Below are positions 8,547 through 17,340 of a stretch of DNA of 24,328 nucleotides, piece by piece (the first letter of the stretch is position 1; the number at the start of each line of letters is the position of its first letter). The translations under genes were made by a program, and so were the position numbers. The stretch is from a virus (lineage: Duplodnaviria; Caudoviricetes): the IMG/VR virus record IMGVR_UViG_3300023197_000041, positions 1 to 24,328 of that record; one strand, written 5' to 3'. The notes under the pieces were generated by a model. That model was not told the origin of the DNA. It ran no database searches and saw only the letters and a program-made list of their open reading frames with translations.

Positions 8547-10292
8547 TTAACGCGGGTGACGGGGTTCGTAGTCTGTCTCTGTCCGTCTGTCAGAGGTTCC
8601 GAAATTGAAACTCGAAGTAGTCGTTCGGCTGTTCTGCGTCCCCCACGGGGACTCACTCGATGAGGCGGGCGTGGTCTGTCCGTCGTCACGCCGCATGATG
8701 CCTCGGAAGTCGTCCTCGTCGGTAACTTCCTCCGGGTCGGGTTCCGAAACGTTCTCTCGCTGTTCCGGCGTCGTCTGTCGCTCGGCGTTGAAGTTCGGCG
8801 GGTACGCGCCGAGCACGAGCGCCATCGCAAGGTCGTCCTTTCCGTCCGGGGCGTGCTTCTTCCCCGAGAACCGCGGCTTCGATGTTTCGTGCCGCTGTTC
8901 CTTGACGATGGCTTCGAGTTGGCCTTTGATGGAGGAGTCAGGGACCAACGTGATGAGGTCGTTGTGAAGGGCGTAGTTGAAGTCGCCCATCATCCGGGCT
9001 ATCTCCTCTTTGTCGGAGAAGTTGAACCCGTGAGCCTTCCGACCGATGCGTTTCTCGACCTCCTTCTGGAACCCCTTACCGGGGCCAGTCTTGTCGAGGA
9101 ACACATGGTCGATGCCCATGTTCTTCACGACGCAGTAGATGTAGTCTGCGACCGCGGAGGGGTCATCGGGCCGATGCCCGCTCAGGCCTATCGCCATCAA
9201 GTCCTGTCGGTCGAGCAGAGTGTGGAAACGGAGGTGGCGGTGTTTGCCCGAGTGCTCGAACACCGCGATGGCGGTGTCGTCTCGGTCGATGCCTATGTCC
9301 ACCCCCATCACCATCTGCCCGCCGTTCCGAGCGTGCGTGGCCGGGGACCAACCCGTGTATTTCCCGTGGAGTTCGCCGCCCTCGACGTGGGCCGCCCCAC
9401 GCTTCATCGCCTCGAAGATACCTTCCTTCGTGAAGAAGCGGTACTCGTCGGCGATGGGACGACACAGGTACTCCTGCGCGAACCCCTGCGGGTCCTGCGC
9501 TCGCTCGGCCTCGACCGTCGCCACGTCCATGTCGGGCCGAACCGGCTCCACGTCCTGCTCGTGGAGCGACTGCTCTATGTCAATCTCCTCGGGGTTCTTG
9601 AACGAGGGTTGTTTGACCGAGATGACGCCATCAGCGCCCGTCGGCGACCCCCGCTCGTGCGTGTCCAAGAACAGGTCGTTGCTGACCTTCGGCGTGGACA
9701 CTTGGAGCATCTGTCGGTGGCTCCCGAGGTTGATGAACGGCATGAAGGCCTGCATCGTGGCCTCTTGGTCCTCAAGGAAGGCCATCTCGTCCACGAAGAC
9801 CGTCTTCGCGGAGTCCATCCCACGGGCGGCGTCCGGGTCGCCCGAGAACGCCCGCACCGTGGCCCCGTTCGGGAATATCTTCTTGGCTTGGTTGTTCTTC
9901 TCAAGCCAGTCATCGGGGTTAATCCCGAGCCGGGAGTTTTCGAGCAGGTCCTCCATGTCCGAAAGCCGTTCCTCGGACTGGGACTGCGTGCGGGAAACGA
10001 CAGCAAAGTTCGCGTCCGGGGTGGTCAGTCCATCTATCGTGATGCATACCATGAAAATCCACGAGACACCGATGCGTCGCCCCTTGTAGACGTTGGTGAT
10101 GCTTTCGTCGCCGTAGAAGTAGGCGTGCATCAACTTCGGCTGGTAGGGATAGAACAGGTTGACCGGCTCCATTTCGCCAGTCTCCATGTCCCGAGTGCGG
10201 AACAGGTCTTCCGCAATCCGCTCTGGGTGTCCTTGCCAGCGTTCGAGGAGGGCTTCGGTATCCCCGTCCGCCTGCTCTGCTAACGCTTCCAT
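8547..10292 (-). CDS. terL: Terminase large subunit
   Basis: Walker A-like KGRRIGVS, ARG, Walker B VFVDE, motif III VSTP, FAQEYLC, and nuclease motifs GVDIG, DKTGPG and DDLAMA. Confidence 0.95.
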   Translation of the reverse strand: MEALAEQADGDTEALLERWQGHPERIAEDLFRTRDMETGEMEPVNLFYPYQPKLMHAYFYGDESITNVYKGRRIGVSWIFMVCITIDGLTTPDANFAVVSRTQSQSEERLSDMEDLLENSRLGINPDDWLEKNNQAKKIFPNGATVRAFSGDPDAARGMDSAKTVFVDEMAFLEDQEATMQAFMPFINLGSHRQMLQVSTPKVSNDLFLDTHERGSPTGADGVISVKQPSFKNPEEIDIEQSLHEQDVEPVRPDMDVATVEAERAQDPQGFAQEYLCRPIADEYRFFTKEGIFEAMKRGAAHVEGGELHGKYTGWSPATHARNGGQMVMGVDIGIDRDDTAIAVFEHSGKHRHLRFHTLLDRQDLMAIGLSGHRPDDPSAVADYIYCVVKNMGIDHVFLDKTGPGKGFQKEVEKRIGRKAHGFNFSDKEEIARMMGDFNYALHNDLITLVPDSSIKGQLEAIVKEQRHETSKPRFSGKKHAPDGKDDLAMALVLGAYPPNFNAERQTTPEQRENVSEPDPEEVTDEDDFRGIMRRDDGQTTPASSSESPWGTQNSRTTTSSFNFGTSDRRTETDYEPRHPR

Positions 10293-10295
10293 CTG

Positions 10296-10622
10296 TTAGA
10301 GGTCGTCCTTGATGTAGAGGAGGTCGAACTCGTCGTTCGGGAAGGTCTGTTCCTTGCCGCCGGGGTAGGTCACAACCCACTCGGCGAAGTAGAGGCCCGG
10401 TACGTTCGTGTCGCCGTCCTGCCAGTGATAGGCCGCCACGCCCTCCGAGGCGGTGACAATCTGCGCGTCACCTTCGACGCTGACCTCGTTCGAGCCGAGC
10501 GGCATCATCCGAAACGTGACGCTCTCGGCGTTCGAGAGGTCCTGCGCTTCACCGTTAACGGTGAACTGCGTCTGGAGAGGCGGAGATGTGTCTCCGGCCT
10601 TGAGTTCGTAGTCAGCGTCCAT
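10296..10622 (-). CDS. BppU-like (baseplate upper protein N-terminal domain) small structural protein
   Basis: LKAGDTSP...DLS...VTFRM...GVAAYHWQDGDT..PGLYFAEWVVTYPGGKEQTFPN matches the pattern I recognise for this family. Confidence 0.7.
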   Translation of the reverse strand: MDADYELKAGDTSPPLQTQFTVNGEAQDLSNAESVTFRMMPLGSNEVSVEGDAQIVTASEGVAAYHWQDGDTNVPGLYFAEWVVTYPGGKEQTFPNDEFDLLYIKDDL

Positions 10623-10624
10623 GA

Positions 10625-13600
10625 TTAGTACCTCGTGTCGGCCTCGTAGTCGGTGTCCGCTTCAGCCTCGTAGTCACCCGAACGCTGAAGCGTCGTGGTG
10701 AACGCGAACGTGTTGTCCTTGCTGTCCACCGTCACTTCGTGGGCAACCACCACCGATTCGACTTCGGCGGAGCCTGCCCCGACGCGAACCGTGGGGATTA
10801 CCGCCCGAACGTTGCCGTCCGCGTCCGTCGAGGCGAACACGGAGGCCTCATCGAGCGGTAGCACCTCGACGTTCACCGACCGGACCACCGACACCGAGGC
10901 CGTCTTCGGGTCAAGCCGCTGGTGGCCGAGGGCATCAAGCCGCGTGGTCTGTGCCTGTGCGACCGTTCCCGTATGGCCCTTGGCAACCGACGGCGTGACG
11001 AGCATCTTCTCGTCGCTCTCGATGAACGCCGTCGCGGTCGAAGTCCCGGTGCCGAACTCCGACGTGACCGACTCCCCGACGACCTTCGCCGTCCGGGTCG
11101 TCGTGTACGCGCTGGCCGTCACCCCGCTGGCAGAACCAGCGGTAACTCCACCGGCCCACGTCGCCGTGTCACCAGCCCCGGTCGTCGGAGTCAAACCACC
11201 GGAGGGTGCGTGTCCATCAGCGGTCGCTCTCGCGTCCACGCTGGCGGTCACAGGCGACGCCGTGGCAGACGAGACGTGTGCATCGGACGTGGTGTCCGTC
11301 GCCGCTGTTGCGGTCACGTCGCGGCTCTCGACGGTGGTCACGCCGTGGGTGGTTGCCCCGGAGTGTCCACCACCTCGGGTGTCCGTCGTCGCCCCGACCT
11401 CGGGGCCATCGACCACGAGGCCAGCATCGGCTCGATGAGGCGTCGCGGCAGTCTGCGTCATTCCGCCGTTGATGCCTTCGGAGTGAGCGCCGCCGGTCGT
11501 GACCGTAGAGGCCGAGGCCGACGCCCCGACCGAGCCGGTCGAAGCGTGCGGCTCGACCGTCGCCGGACTGCCACTCGCCGTCGCCGGAGTACCCGGCCCG
11601 GTCGTCGTGGTGTCCACGGTCGCGGTTTTCGGCGACGCCGACGCCTCGACCGTGCCCTCAGCAGTCGCCGAGGACGCGCCGTCTCCGACTTTCGAGGTCG
11701 GGGAAGCCGTTTGGGTCCCGTCGCCAGTCGCGCCAGCGTGCGGCGCGGCCTGCGCCGTGCTCGCGGTCGCTGTCGGCGACGACCCGTCGGCGGTTGCCCC
11801 GGCGTAGCCCGTGGTCAACGGCGAGGCCGTCATCGGGGTGATGCTCCCCGTAGCGGTCGTCACGGCTTCGGGCGACGCTCGAATCGTAGACGCGAGCATC
11901 CCGTCCGTGGTCACGACCGCGGTCGAGGAGGTCTTCGAGGCCACCCCGAAGGTCTGAGCCAGCGAGTCCTCTATGCCACCAGCGTTCGTGCTGGTGTCCG
12001 CAGTCGCCACAACCGGCGAGGCCGACGCCCCGGCGGTTGCCGCGTCAGCCGTCAGCGACGAGCCTGCCGTCGCCGTGACCGAACTCGCGGTGGGCTGAAG
12101 CCCGGTGGCGGTGGTTCCGGTCGTCGCGGCCCCGTCAGTCGTTGCCGAGGCCGTAGTCGGAACACCCGGACCTGTAACGGTCGTGTCCGCGGTCGCAACC
12201 ACGTCGTCGGCGGTCGCGGCCTCGGTAACACCCGAGCCGTTGACGGTCGTGTACGCAGTTGCGGTCTTCGGCGTGGTCGATGCCGACTCCACGCCGTTCC
12301 CAATCATTTCCTTGATGGGAACGACCGTTTTCGGCGAGGCCAGCGCCGAGATGATTTCGCCACGACTGGTCGGACTCACGTCCGGTGCTCTCGGCGATGC
12401 GCTCGCCGCTGACAGCGTTCCAGCCGCGGTCTGTGTCGTAGAGGGTGTCGCAGTCGAAGCGCCAGCAGACGACGCTACGACGCCGCCATCGGCGACGGCT
12501 GTCGTGCCGCCCGACGCGGGTTGTCCCGACGCCGACGCTGACTCCCGACCACTACCGGAAGCCGACGCCGAGGGGGAAGCCTCGACCGGCATCGTCTCGG
12601 CGGCGGAAGCCCCGCCAGCGGCGGCGCTCGTCGCCGCAGTAGCGCCGGAAGGGGTAACGGTCGTGGCAGTCTTTCCGCCCGTTGTCGCGCCGACGTGCGG
12701 CTCTGCGCTCGCCGGGGACGAACCGGCAGTCGTAACGCTTCCGTCGTCGTTCACGACCGCCGAGCACGAAGCCGTCCTTGTGCTCGTGCTCGATGAGGCG
12801 GTCACGCCGACCGCCGTCGTAGACGCCGAGGGCGAAGCCACGGTAGTCGCGGCTTCGACAGTTCCCTGTTTAGCAGACGACGTAGCGCCCGTTTGGGCAG
12901 TCGCCTGCTTGACCCCTGCGACCGCGCCGGTCGTCGGGACGACCGTGGTCGAACCCGTCGCGGGGTCAACCGTCAGTTCGGTGGTCCCGACGTTGGTCGT
13001 AGTCACGTCCACGGTCACGTCGGCGCGGGACGCCTGCGGCGTCATCGAAGCGGACTCCGCCGTGGCTACCGCCGTCGTGGTCGTGTCCGCCGTCGCCGTG
13101 TCCGTCGAAAGCGTCGCCGTCTCGGCGTGTGGCGGTGTGTGAACCGTTCCGCGGTTCTCGATGGTGCCAGCGTAGTGACCGCCCGTGTTCTTCGGGTTGC
13201 CGTTGGCGTCGAGGCCGTCGTAACCCGCCGAAGTGGACGAAGACCCCGAGGGAGTGCGAAACTCGAACGTTCCCGACTGGAACGACGCGGCGTCGTACCC
13301 CGAGATTGTCGCACCCGGCGACACGGCGACGTAGCCGTAAGGACTCGGGAGTGCGCCGTCCTCGTCGTACCAACTAATGTCCGTGGAACTCCACGTCGAG
13401 GCTCCGCGCACCACGTCACTCGACCCGTCGTGGGCCAGCGAGTCGGCCACATAGTCGGGTTTCGAGCTGAAGGACTGCGAAAACGTCGCAGACGTGGATG
13501 ACGTGCTGGACGCTTCGACCGGAACGCCGTCGAGCGTCATCGCGCCGTTGTCGGGAAAGGCAATCCACCCGATGCTCTCGATGTGGGTGTTCTCGGCGTC

Positions 13601-14095
13601 TTCGGAGATGAGCGCGAGGTCGAACCCGTCCGTGGTGACGTTCGAGATGCCGACGCTGGCGAACAGACCGTTGTTGTGGGTGTTCACCATCGCCACGACG
13701 ACCGGAGCCGTACTCCAGTCGTGCTCGAACTCGACGTGGTTTCCGTTCCACGGGTCGTCCCAGTGGGCCGTCTTGGTCTGGTGCGTACCCGACTCGATGT
13801 GATGGCCCTCGGGCGTCTCATGGACACCTTCCTCGGCGACGAAGTACGTCACCGTGTTGTCCATGTGGCCCTGTTGGTCGGGTTCGTGCTGGAAAACGTC
13901 ACAGCTCGAGCCTGAAACGTTGGTCGCTCGGGTGTCGATGAATTGGCTACCGTTGTTGGTGGCGATATGGGCAACGACAACAGGGTTGTCGTAAATCTGA
14001 GTGAAAGAAACCGAAGCAGAGTCCGCCGCGTTCTGAATACCGGCGCTGTCGCCGGAGAGGTACACGCGGTCAGCCTCGAAAGCTGTCGTTGCCAT
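10625..14095 (-). CDS. Long fibre/adhesin-like protein: N-terminal lectin-like beta domains plus a Thr/Ala/Ser-rich repeat shaft
   Basis: 1156 aa. The first ~270 aa carry 2-3 repeats of F-x-x-x-(Y/W/F)-x-x-x-P-V-V-V-A...NV...H...(Y/W), resembling H-type lectin domains. The remainder is aromatic-poor with a ~20-22 aa degenerate periodicity (ASASP-like motifs). Confidence 0.7.
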   Translation of the reverse strand: MATTAFEADRVYLSGDSAGIQNAADSASVSFTQIYDNPVVVAHIATNNGSQFIDTRATNVSGSSCDVFQHEPDQQGHMDNTVTYFVAEEGVHETPEGHHIESGTHQTKTAHWDDPWNGNHVEFEHDWSTAPVVVAMVNTHNNGLFASVGISNVTTDGFDLALISEDAENTHIESIGWIAFPDNGAMTLDGVPVEASSTSSTSATFSQSFSSKPDYVADSLAHDGSSDVVRGASTWSSTDISWYDEDGALPSPYGYVAVSPGATISGYDAASFQSGTFEFRTPSGSSSTSAGYDGLDANGNPKNTGGHYAGTIENRGTVHTPPHAETATLSTDTATADTTTTAVATAESASMTPQASRADVTVDVTTTNVGTTELTVDPATGSTTVVPTTGAVAGVKQATAQTGATSSAKQGTVEAATTVASPSASTTAVGVTASSSTSTRTASCSAVVNDDGSVTTAGSSPASAEPHVGATTGGKTATTVTPSGATAATSAAAGGASAAETMPVEASPSASASGSGRESASASGQPASGGTTAVADGGVVASSAGASTATPSTTQTAAGTLSAASASPRAPDVSPTSRGEIISALASPKTVVPIKEMIGNGVESASTTPKTATAYTTVNGSGVTEAATADDVVATADTTVTGPGVPTTASATTDGAATTGTTATGLQPTASSVTATAGSSLTADAATAGASASPVVATADTSTNAGGIEDSLAQTFGVASKTSSTAVVTTDGMLASTIRASPEAVTTATGSITPMTASPLTTGYAGATADGSSPTATASTAQAAPHAGATGDGTQTASPTSKVGDGASSATAEGTVEASASPKTATVDTTTTGPGTPATASGSPATVEPHASTGSVGASASASTVTTGGAHSEGINGGMTQTAATPHRADAGLVVDGPEVGATTDTRGGGHSGATTHGVTTVESRDVTATAATDTTSDAHVSSATASPVTASVDARATADGHAPSGGLTPTTGAGDTATWAGGVTAGSASGVTASAYTTTRTAKVVGESVTSEFGTGTSTATAFIESDEKMLVTPSVAKGHTGTVAQAQTTRLDALGHQRLDPKTASVSVVRSVNVEVLPLDEASVFASTDADGNVRAVIPTVRVGAGSAEVESVVVAHEVTVDSKDNTFAFTTTLQRSGDYEAEADTDYEADTRY

Positions 14096-14154
14096 CTAAG
14101 TACGGAAAGAGGAGGTTAGTTACATCGCTGTGCTACGCGGGGTGAGAACCGGCG

Positions 14155-14595
14155 TCAGTTGATGCTGATGCCGGAACTCGACAGGGTGAACGAGTCCACC
14201 GAGGAGAGGTCGTAGGTCTGGTCGAGCGACCCAGTGAACAGAAGGTGAGGATTGTCGCCGGAGTCACCCTTGTCGTCGCTCGTGAACGTCACGACGACGA
14301 AGTAGGCATCTACCGACTGGTCGGAGTCCGACGTGTCGAAGGTCACGTCGTCCATGATGGCCTCCCAGTTGCCGGAGGCGTCCTGTGCGGAGAAGTTCGA
14401 GCCGAGCGAGAGCGACTGGCGGGCGTAGGCCGAGCCGGTTGGCTCGGTCGAGATGGCACCCACGTCGTCGCTGTCGTTGAGTGCGTCGGTCGCGTCGTTG
14501 TAGAGGCCGACGGAGACGCTGGAGACGCCGTTGCCGCCGTTGAAGGCCTTGTCGATGAGCCACTCCTCGCCAGTGTCGTGAAGTTGCGTAGTCAT
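14155..14595 (-). CDS. Virion structural protein (fibre-associated, E-P-x-G-x-x-Y-A-R-Q family)
   Basis: 146 aa with VGLY, TEPTGSAYARQ, VTF and LLFTGSL; I recognise this pattern from small phage structural proteins that precede fibre genes. Confidence 0.65.
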   Translation of the reverse strand: MTTQLHDTGEEWLIDKAFNGGNGVSSVSVGLYNDATDALNDSDDVGAISTEPTGSAYARQSLSLGSNFSAQDASGNWEAIMDDVTFDTSDSDQSVDAYFVVVTFTSDDKGDSGDNPHLLFTGSLDQTYDLSSVDSFTLSSSGISIN

Positions 14596-14600
14596 GGTAA

Positions 14601-14630
14601 GAGTTGAGTCGGCTGGAGTTGAGTCTTAAG
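14601..14630 (-). promoter_or_regulatory. Putative promoter with a 10-bp direct repeat
   Basis: CTTAAG at 14625-14630, ~30 nt upstream of ATG 14595; GAGTTGAGTC occurs at 14601-14610 and 14616-14625. Confidence 0.45.
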
Positions 14631-14687
14631 GGCCGAAGCCGTCAGCCGGGGACCGGGTTCGGCGCAGGATTCCGATGAGCCGCGGCG

Positions 14688-14960
14688 TTACTCGCGGACG
14701 AAGGCGACGACTTCTTCCGGGCAGACCCGGACGCTCGAAACGATTTCATCGCCCTCGATGACGCCGTACTCCACGAGGAGGTCGCGCACGTCCTCGCCGA
14801 AGTCGAACGGCTCGGCGACGTAGCGTTCCTCGTGCTCTACGTCGGCGTTATCGAGTCCGCAGGTACAGTTCGAGCACGCTTCCGGCTCCTCGCCGAGCAT
14901 CTGCCCGGCGGAGACGCCGAGTGCGAAGGCCTGTGCCAGTTCGGTTTCCTCGTCAGTCAT
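14688..14960 (-). CDS. Hypothetical protein (CSNCTC motif)
   Basis: 90 aa acidic ORF overlapping the upstream small ORF. Confidence 0.7.
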   Translation of the reverse strand: MTDEETELAQAFALGVSAGQMLGEEPEACSNCTCGLDNADVEHEERYVAEPFDFGEDVRDLLVEYGVIEGDEIVSSVRVCPEEVVAFVRE

Positions 14961-15075
14961 CGAAGGTCAGGTCCTCCTCGAACTCTACGTCGTCTTCCTC
15001 GACGGGTTCCAGTTTACCGTCGTCCGTTACGCGAAATTCCTTGCCCTCGTCGGGCGTGAAGTTGTCTTCGGGCAT
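14953..15075 (-). CDS. Small acidic hypothetical protein
   Basis: MPEDNFTPDEGKEF..., 40 aa from ATG 15075; fills the gap between its neighbours. Confidence 0.6.
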   Translation of the reverse strand: MPEDNFTPDEGKEFRVTDDGKLEPVEEDDVEFEEDLTFDD

Positions 15076-15077
15076 CG

Positions 15078-15350
15078 TTACTTTTGGATGAGAAGCGCCG
15101 ACGGGTCGGAGTGGTTGTGCGCGGGGACCGCGCACTCGCCGCGGAACACCTCGTCGCTCGGCGCGAAGTGGTAGTGCAGTCCCCCGACGTAGCCGACGAC
15201 CGGCTCTCCGTAGCGGAGAGCGAGCGCCCGGTACATCTCGAAGTCCATGTGCGCCTCATCCTCGCGCCAAGTGCGTACCTCGGCGTCACGGACGAGGGTG
15301 TACCGGGAAGCGAACGGTTCCGTCTCGGGTTCGTATCGGTCGTCAGCCAT
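15078..15350 (-). CDS. Hypothetical protein (tentatively DUF5802-like)
   Basis: 90 aa; the EPFASRY...H(Y)HF...AVP...ALLIQK layout is reminiscent of a haloarchaeal family, not verified. Confidence 0.6.
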   Translation of the reverse strand: MADDRYEPETEPFASRYTLVRDAEVRTWREDEAHMDFEMYRALALRYGEPVVGYVGGLHYHFAPSDEVFRGECAVPAHNHSDPSALLIQK

Positions 15351-15576
15351 CGTTCTGTCCGGGCGGGCCGCCGTCGGGCGGTCCCGCGTGCTCTGGTAAG
15401 TGAGAGTTCTTCTGCCGAACGCGCTCGGCGCTCGGCATCCGTAGACCCGAATCAGGCGTCTGCTTCGGCTTGATGAACGCCACCTGCTTCGGGTTCAACG
15501 GCAGTTCCTTGCCGTTCTTGTTGACCCGAACCGGGCCGTCGGAAGTGACTTTGATGTGCGTGCCGTTCCCCGGCAT
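15343..15576 (-). CDS. Hypothetical basic protein
   Basis: 77 aa; starts 3 nt after the TerS stop and overlaps the next gene. Confidence 0.55.
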   Translation of the reverse strand: MPGNGTHIKVTSDGPVRVNKNGKELPLNPKQVAFIKPKQTPDSGLRMPSAERVRQKNSHLPEHAGPPDGGPPGQNDG

Positions 15577-15579
15577 CGC

Positions 15580-16371
15580 TTAGTCCTCCTCGAACTCGGT
15601 CGGGTCGTAGTCCTTGTCGCCGTCGGCGAGCGCCTGCTGTGCCACATCGGCCACCACGTCGTGCTGGCGCTCCTCGGCTTCCATCGTGTCCATCTTCTGA
15701 CGCTCTTTCGGCGTGAGGCCGAGTTCCTTGAGCATCGAGATGATTTCGTCCACGAGAAGCCGGTACTCGCGCGAAAGCGCGTTCTCCTCCGGCTCCTCGC
15801 CCACGACGACGCCATCCTCATCGAACACCTCTGCGAAGTGGACCTCGCCCTCCTCATCGAGGTAGTCCTCCGCTCGCTCGGAGCGGACGACGTTCGTGGC
15901 CACCTTGCGGAGCATGAGATACCGCGCGGGGTCCTCATCCTCCGAAGGCCAACCGTAGACCTCCGGCCACGTTTCCACGATAGAGTCGTAGAGCGTCTGC
16001 TCTGCGTCGTTGAAGTCCATGCGTAGATGCTCGTCTTCGGCGTAGACGCCGTGCTGGATTGCGACCGTCAGCGGGTCGGGTCGGTCCTCGTCAGAGATGT
16101 TGTCCGAGAAGTCGCCGCCGTGGAAAGGACACGAGGGCGCGTAGGCGGCCTCATCGAAGCGATGCCCGTCGTAGTCGTCTCGCTTCGAGGCGCGGCGTTG
16201 GCAGTGGCGAGTCGGGCCGTCGTACTCGTCAGGTTGCTTACCGATTTCCGTCAGGCAGTACGCAACCTCGAACGGAACCCCGTGATTCTCGTACAGTGGA
16301 GAACTCCGGTGTTCCACCCGCATTTCTGCCAACTCGTGAGGGGTTGCACCCGTGACTTCGCTCTGAGCCAT
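15580..16371 (-). CDS. terS: Terminase small subunit (putative) with an N-terminal Cys/His finger
   Basis: ATG 16371 (MAQSEV...). Contains IQHGVYA, ENAL and the P27-type ELGLTPKER motif; N-terminal C...C...CPFHGG; first gene of the structural operon. Confidence 0.75.
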   Translation of the reverse strand: MAQSEVTGATPHELAEMRVEHRSSPLYENHGVPFEVAYCLTEIGKQPDEYDGPTRHCQRRASKRDDYDGHRFDEAAYAPSCPFHGGDFSDNISDEDRPDPLTVAIQHGVYAEDEHLRMDFNDAEQTLYDSIVETWPEVYGWPSEDEDPARYLMLRKVATNVVRSERAEDYLDEEGEVHFAEVFDEDGVVVGEEPEENALSREYRLLVDEIISMLKELGLTPKERQKMDTMEAEERQHDVVADVAQQALADGDKDYDPTEFEED

Positions 16372-16669
16372 GCGTAGTGTAGAAACTCGTGGGTTCCAGC
16401 CCACGGGGTCTAACCCCTCTAACGGGTTCCTTTCCGATGACGCCGCGAGTGTTTGCTGTCGAGTTGGAACACGGGAATCAGTCCTCGGGGACTAAGCCCC
16501 GAGGGGGTCCCATCCCGTGCTGTAAGCCTCGAAGTGGTGCGCTTCGAGTGTTTGCCACGAAGCGAGTACCCACTGGGGGAGCACCCATTAGGGGATGCCC
16601 CTCCGCGCGAGCACGCGCGCGAGGGCTGGTGCCCGTCCGGGGCACCCGTTCCACTCCTATGAAAGCACA

Positions 16670-16685
16670 TCTTCTTAAATACCGT
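16670..16685 (-). promoter_or_regulatory. Putative promoter of the packaging/structural operon
   Basis: Minus strand ACGGTATTTAAGAAG is the clearest TATA-like element upstream of terS; it implies a ~280 nt leader. Confidence 0.5.
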
Positions 16686-16872
16686 GGGGGGTGGGGACCC
16701 ACCGGGCGACGCCCGCGCCGCATGGCGCTCGTCGCCCCCGCCGTGTCGGAACGCTGAGGGGTCAACCCTCAGAGGTTGTATTTCGGAATTACAACCCTCA
16801 CGGGTTTAGTACCGGCAAGAAGTTCGCCTTCTGAGCCGAACCGCGTCGAGGTTCGGGAGTAGGGCCGAAATT

Positions 16873-17133
16873 TCAGTCAGAACCCGAGTCTACTAAGTCC
16901 GAACCGTACCCTTCGCGGACCCCCGTACCCCCGTCGGACTCGGGAAGGTCCCCCGTGGGTGTCTCGACCGAGGGCATCATCCGGCGGAGCAAGTGGCCCG
17001 TCTCCTCCGCGCCCGGCTCATCGAGTGCTTCCACGTCTTCGATGACTTCCTCGATGACCTCCGCGGAGTGCTCACCCTCCAGTTCGACGCCCGCCTCCTC
17101 CAACCGTGCTTCAAGTTCGTCAGGCAACTGCAT
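16873..17133 (-). CDS. Small acidic hypothetical protein, probably leaderless
   Basis: MQLPDELEARLEEAG..., 86 aa from ATG 17133, directly downstream of a promoter-motif copy. Confidence 0.65.
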   Translation of the reverse strand: MQLPDELEARLEEAGVELEGEHSAEVIEEVIEDVEALDEPGAEETGHLLRRMMPSVETPTGDLPESDGGTGVREGYGSDLVDSGSD

Positions 17134-17163
17134 AGGTGTGGCAACACCCCGACGGTACTTAGT
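17131..17163 (-). promoter_or_regulatory. Viral promoter motif, copy 3 (divergent)
   Basis: Minus strand ACTAA-GTACCG-TCGGGGTGTTGC-CACACCT-ATG, same spacing as the copies at 17845 and 19988. Confidence 0.55.
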
Positions 17164-17340
17164 CGTGAGGTTGGCCACCTGACGTTTCCCCCCGAAAATC
17201 AGGTGAGCACCGCACACCGTCGCGTGCCAAGTTACCAACTTTCGCGCGCACGTACCCGCGCTCGTGTGCTAACCCTCGCGGGCCTCGTGCAGGCTTGACG
17301 CGCCCTTCCGCAGGGGGTACGGGGTCGCGGGCGCAAGGGT

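Noticed and set aside
8547-10292. Intein in the terminase large subunit
   Set aside because: Normal length, ordinary motif spacing, and no intein splice-junction or LAGLIDADG blocks seen.
10625-14095. Diversity-generating retroelement or invertible fibre cassette
   Set aside because: No reverse transcriptase, recombinase, template/variable repeat pair or flanking inverted repeats in the window.
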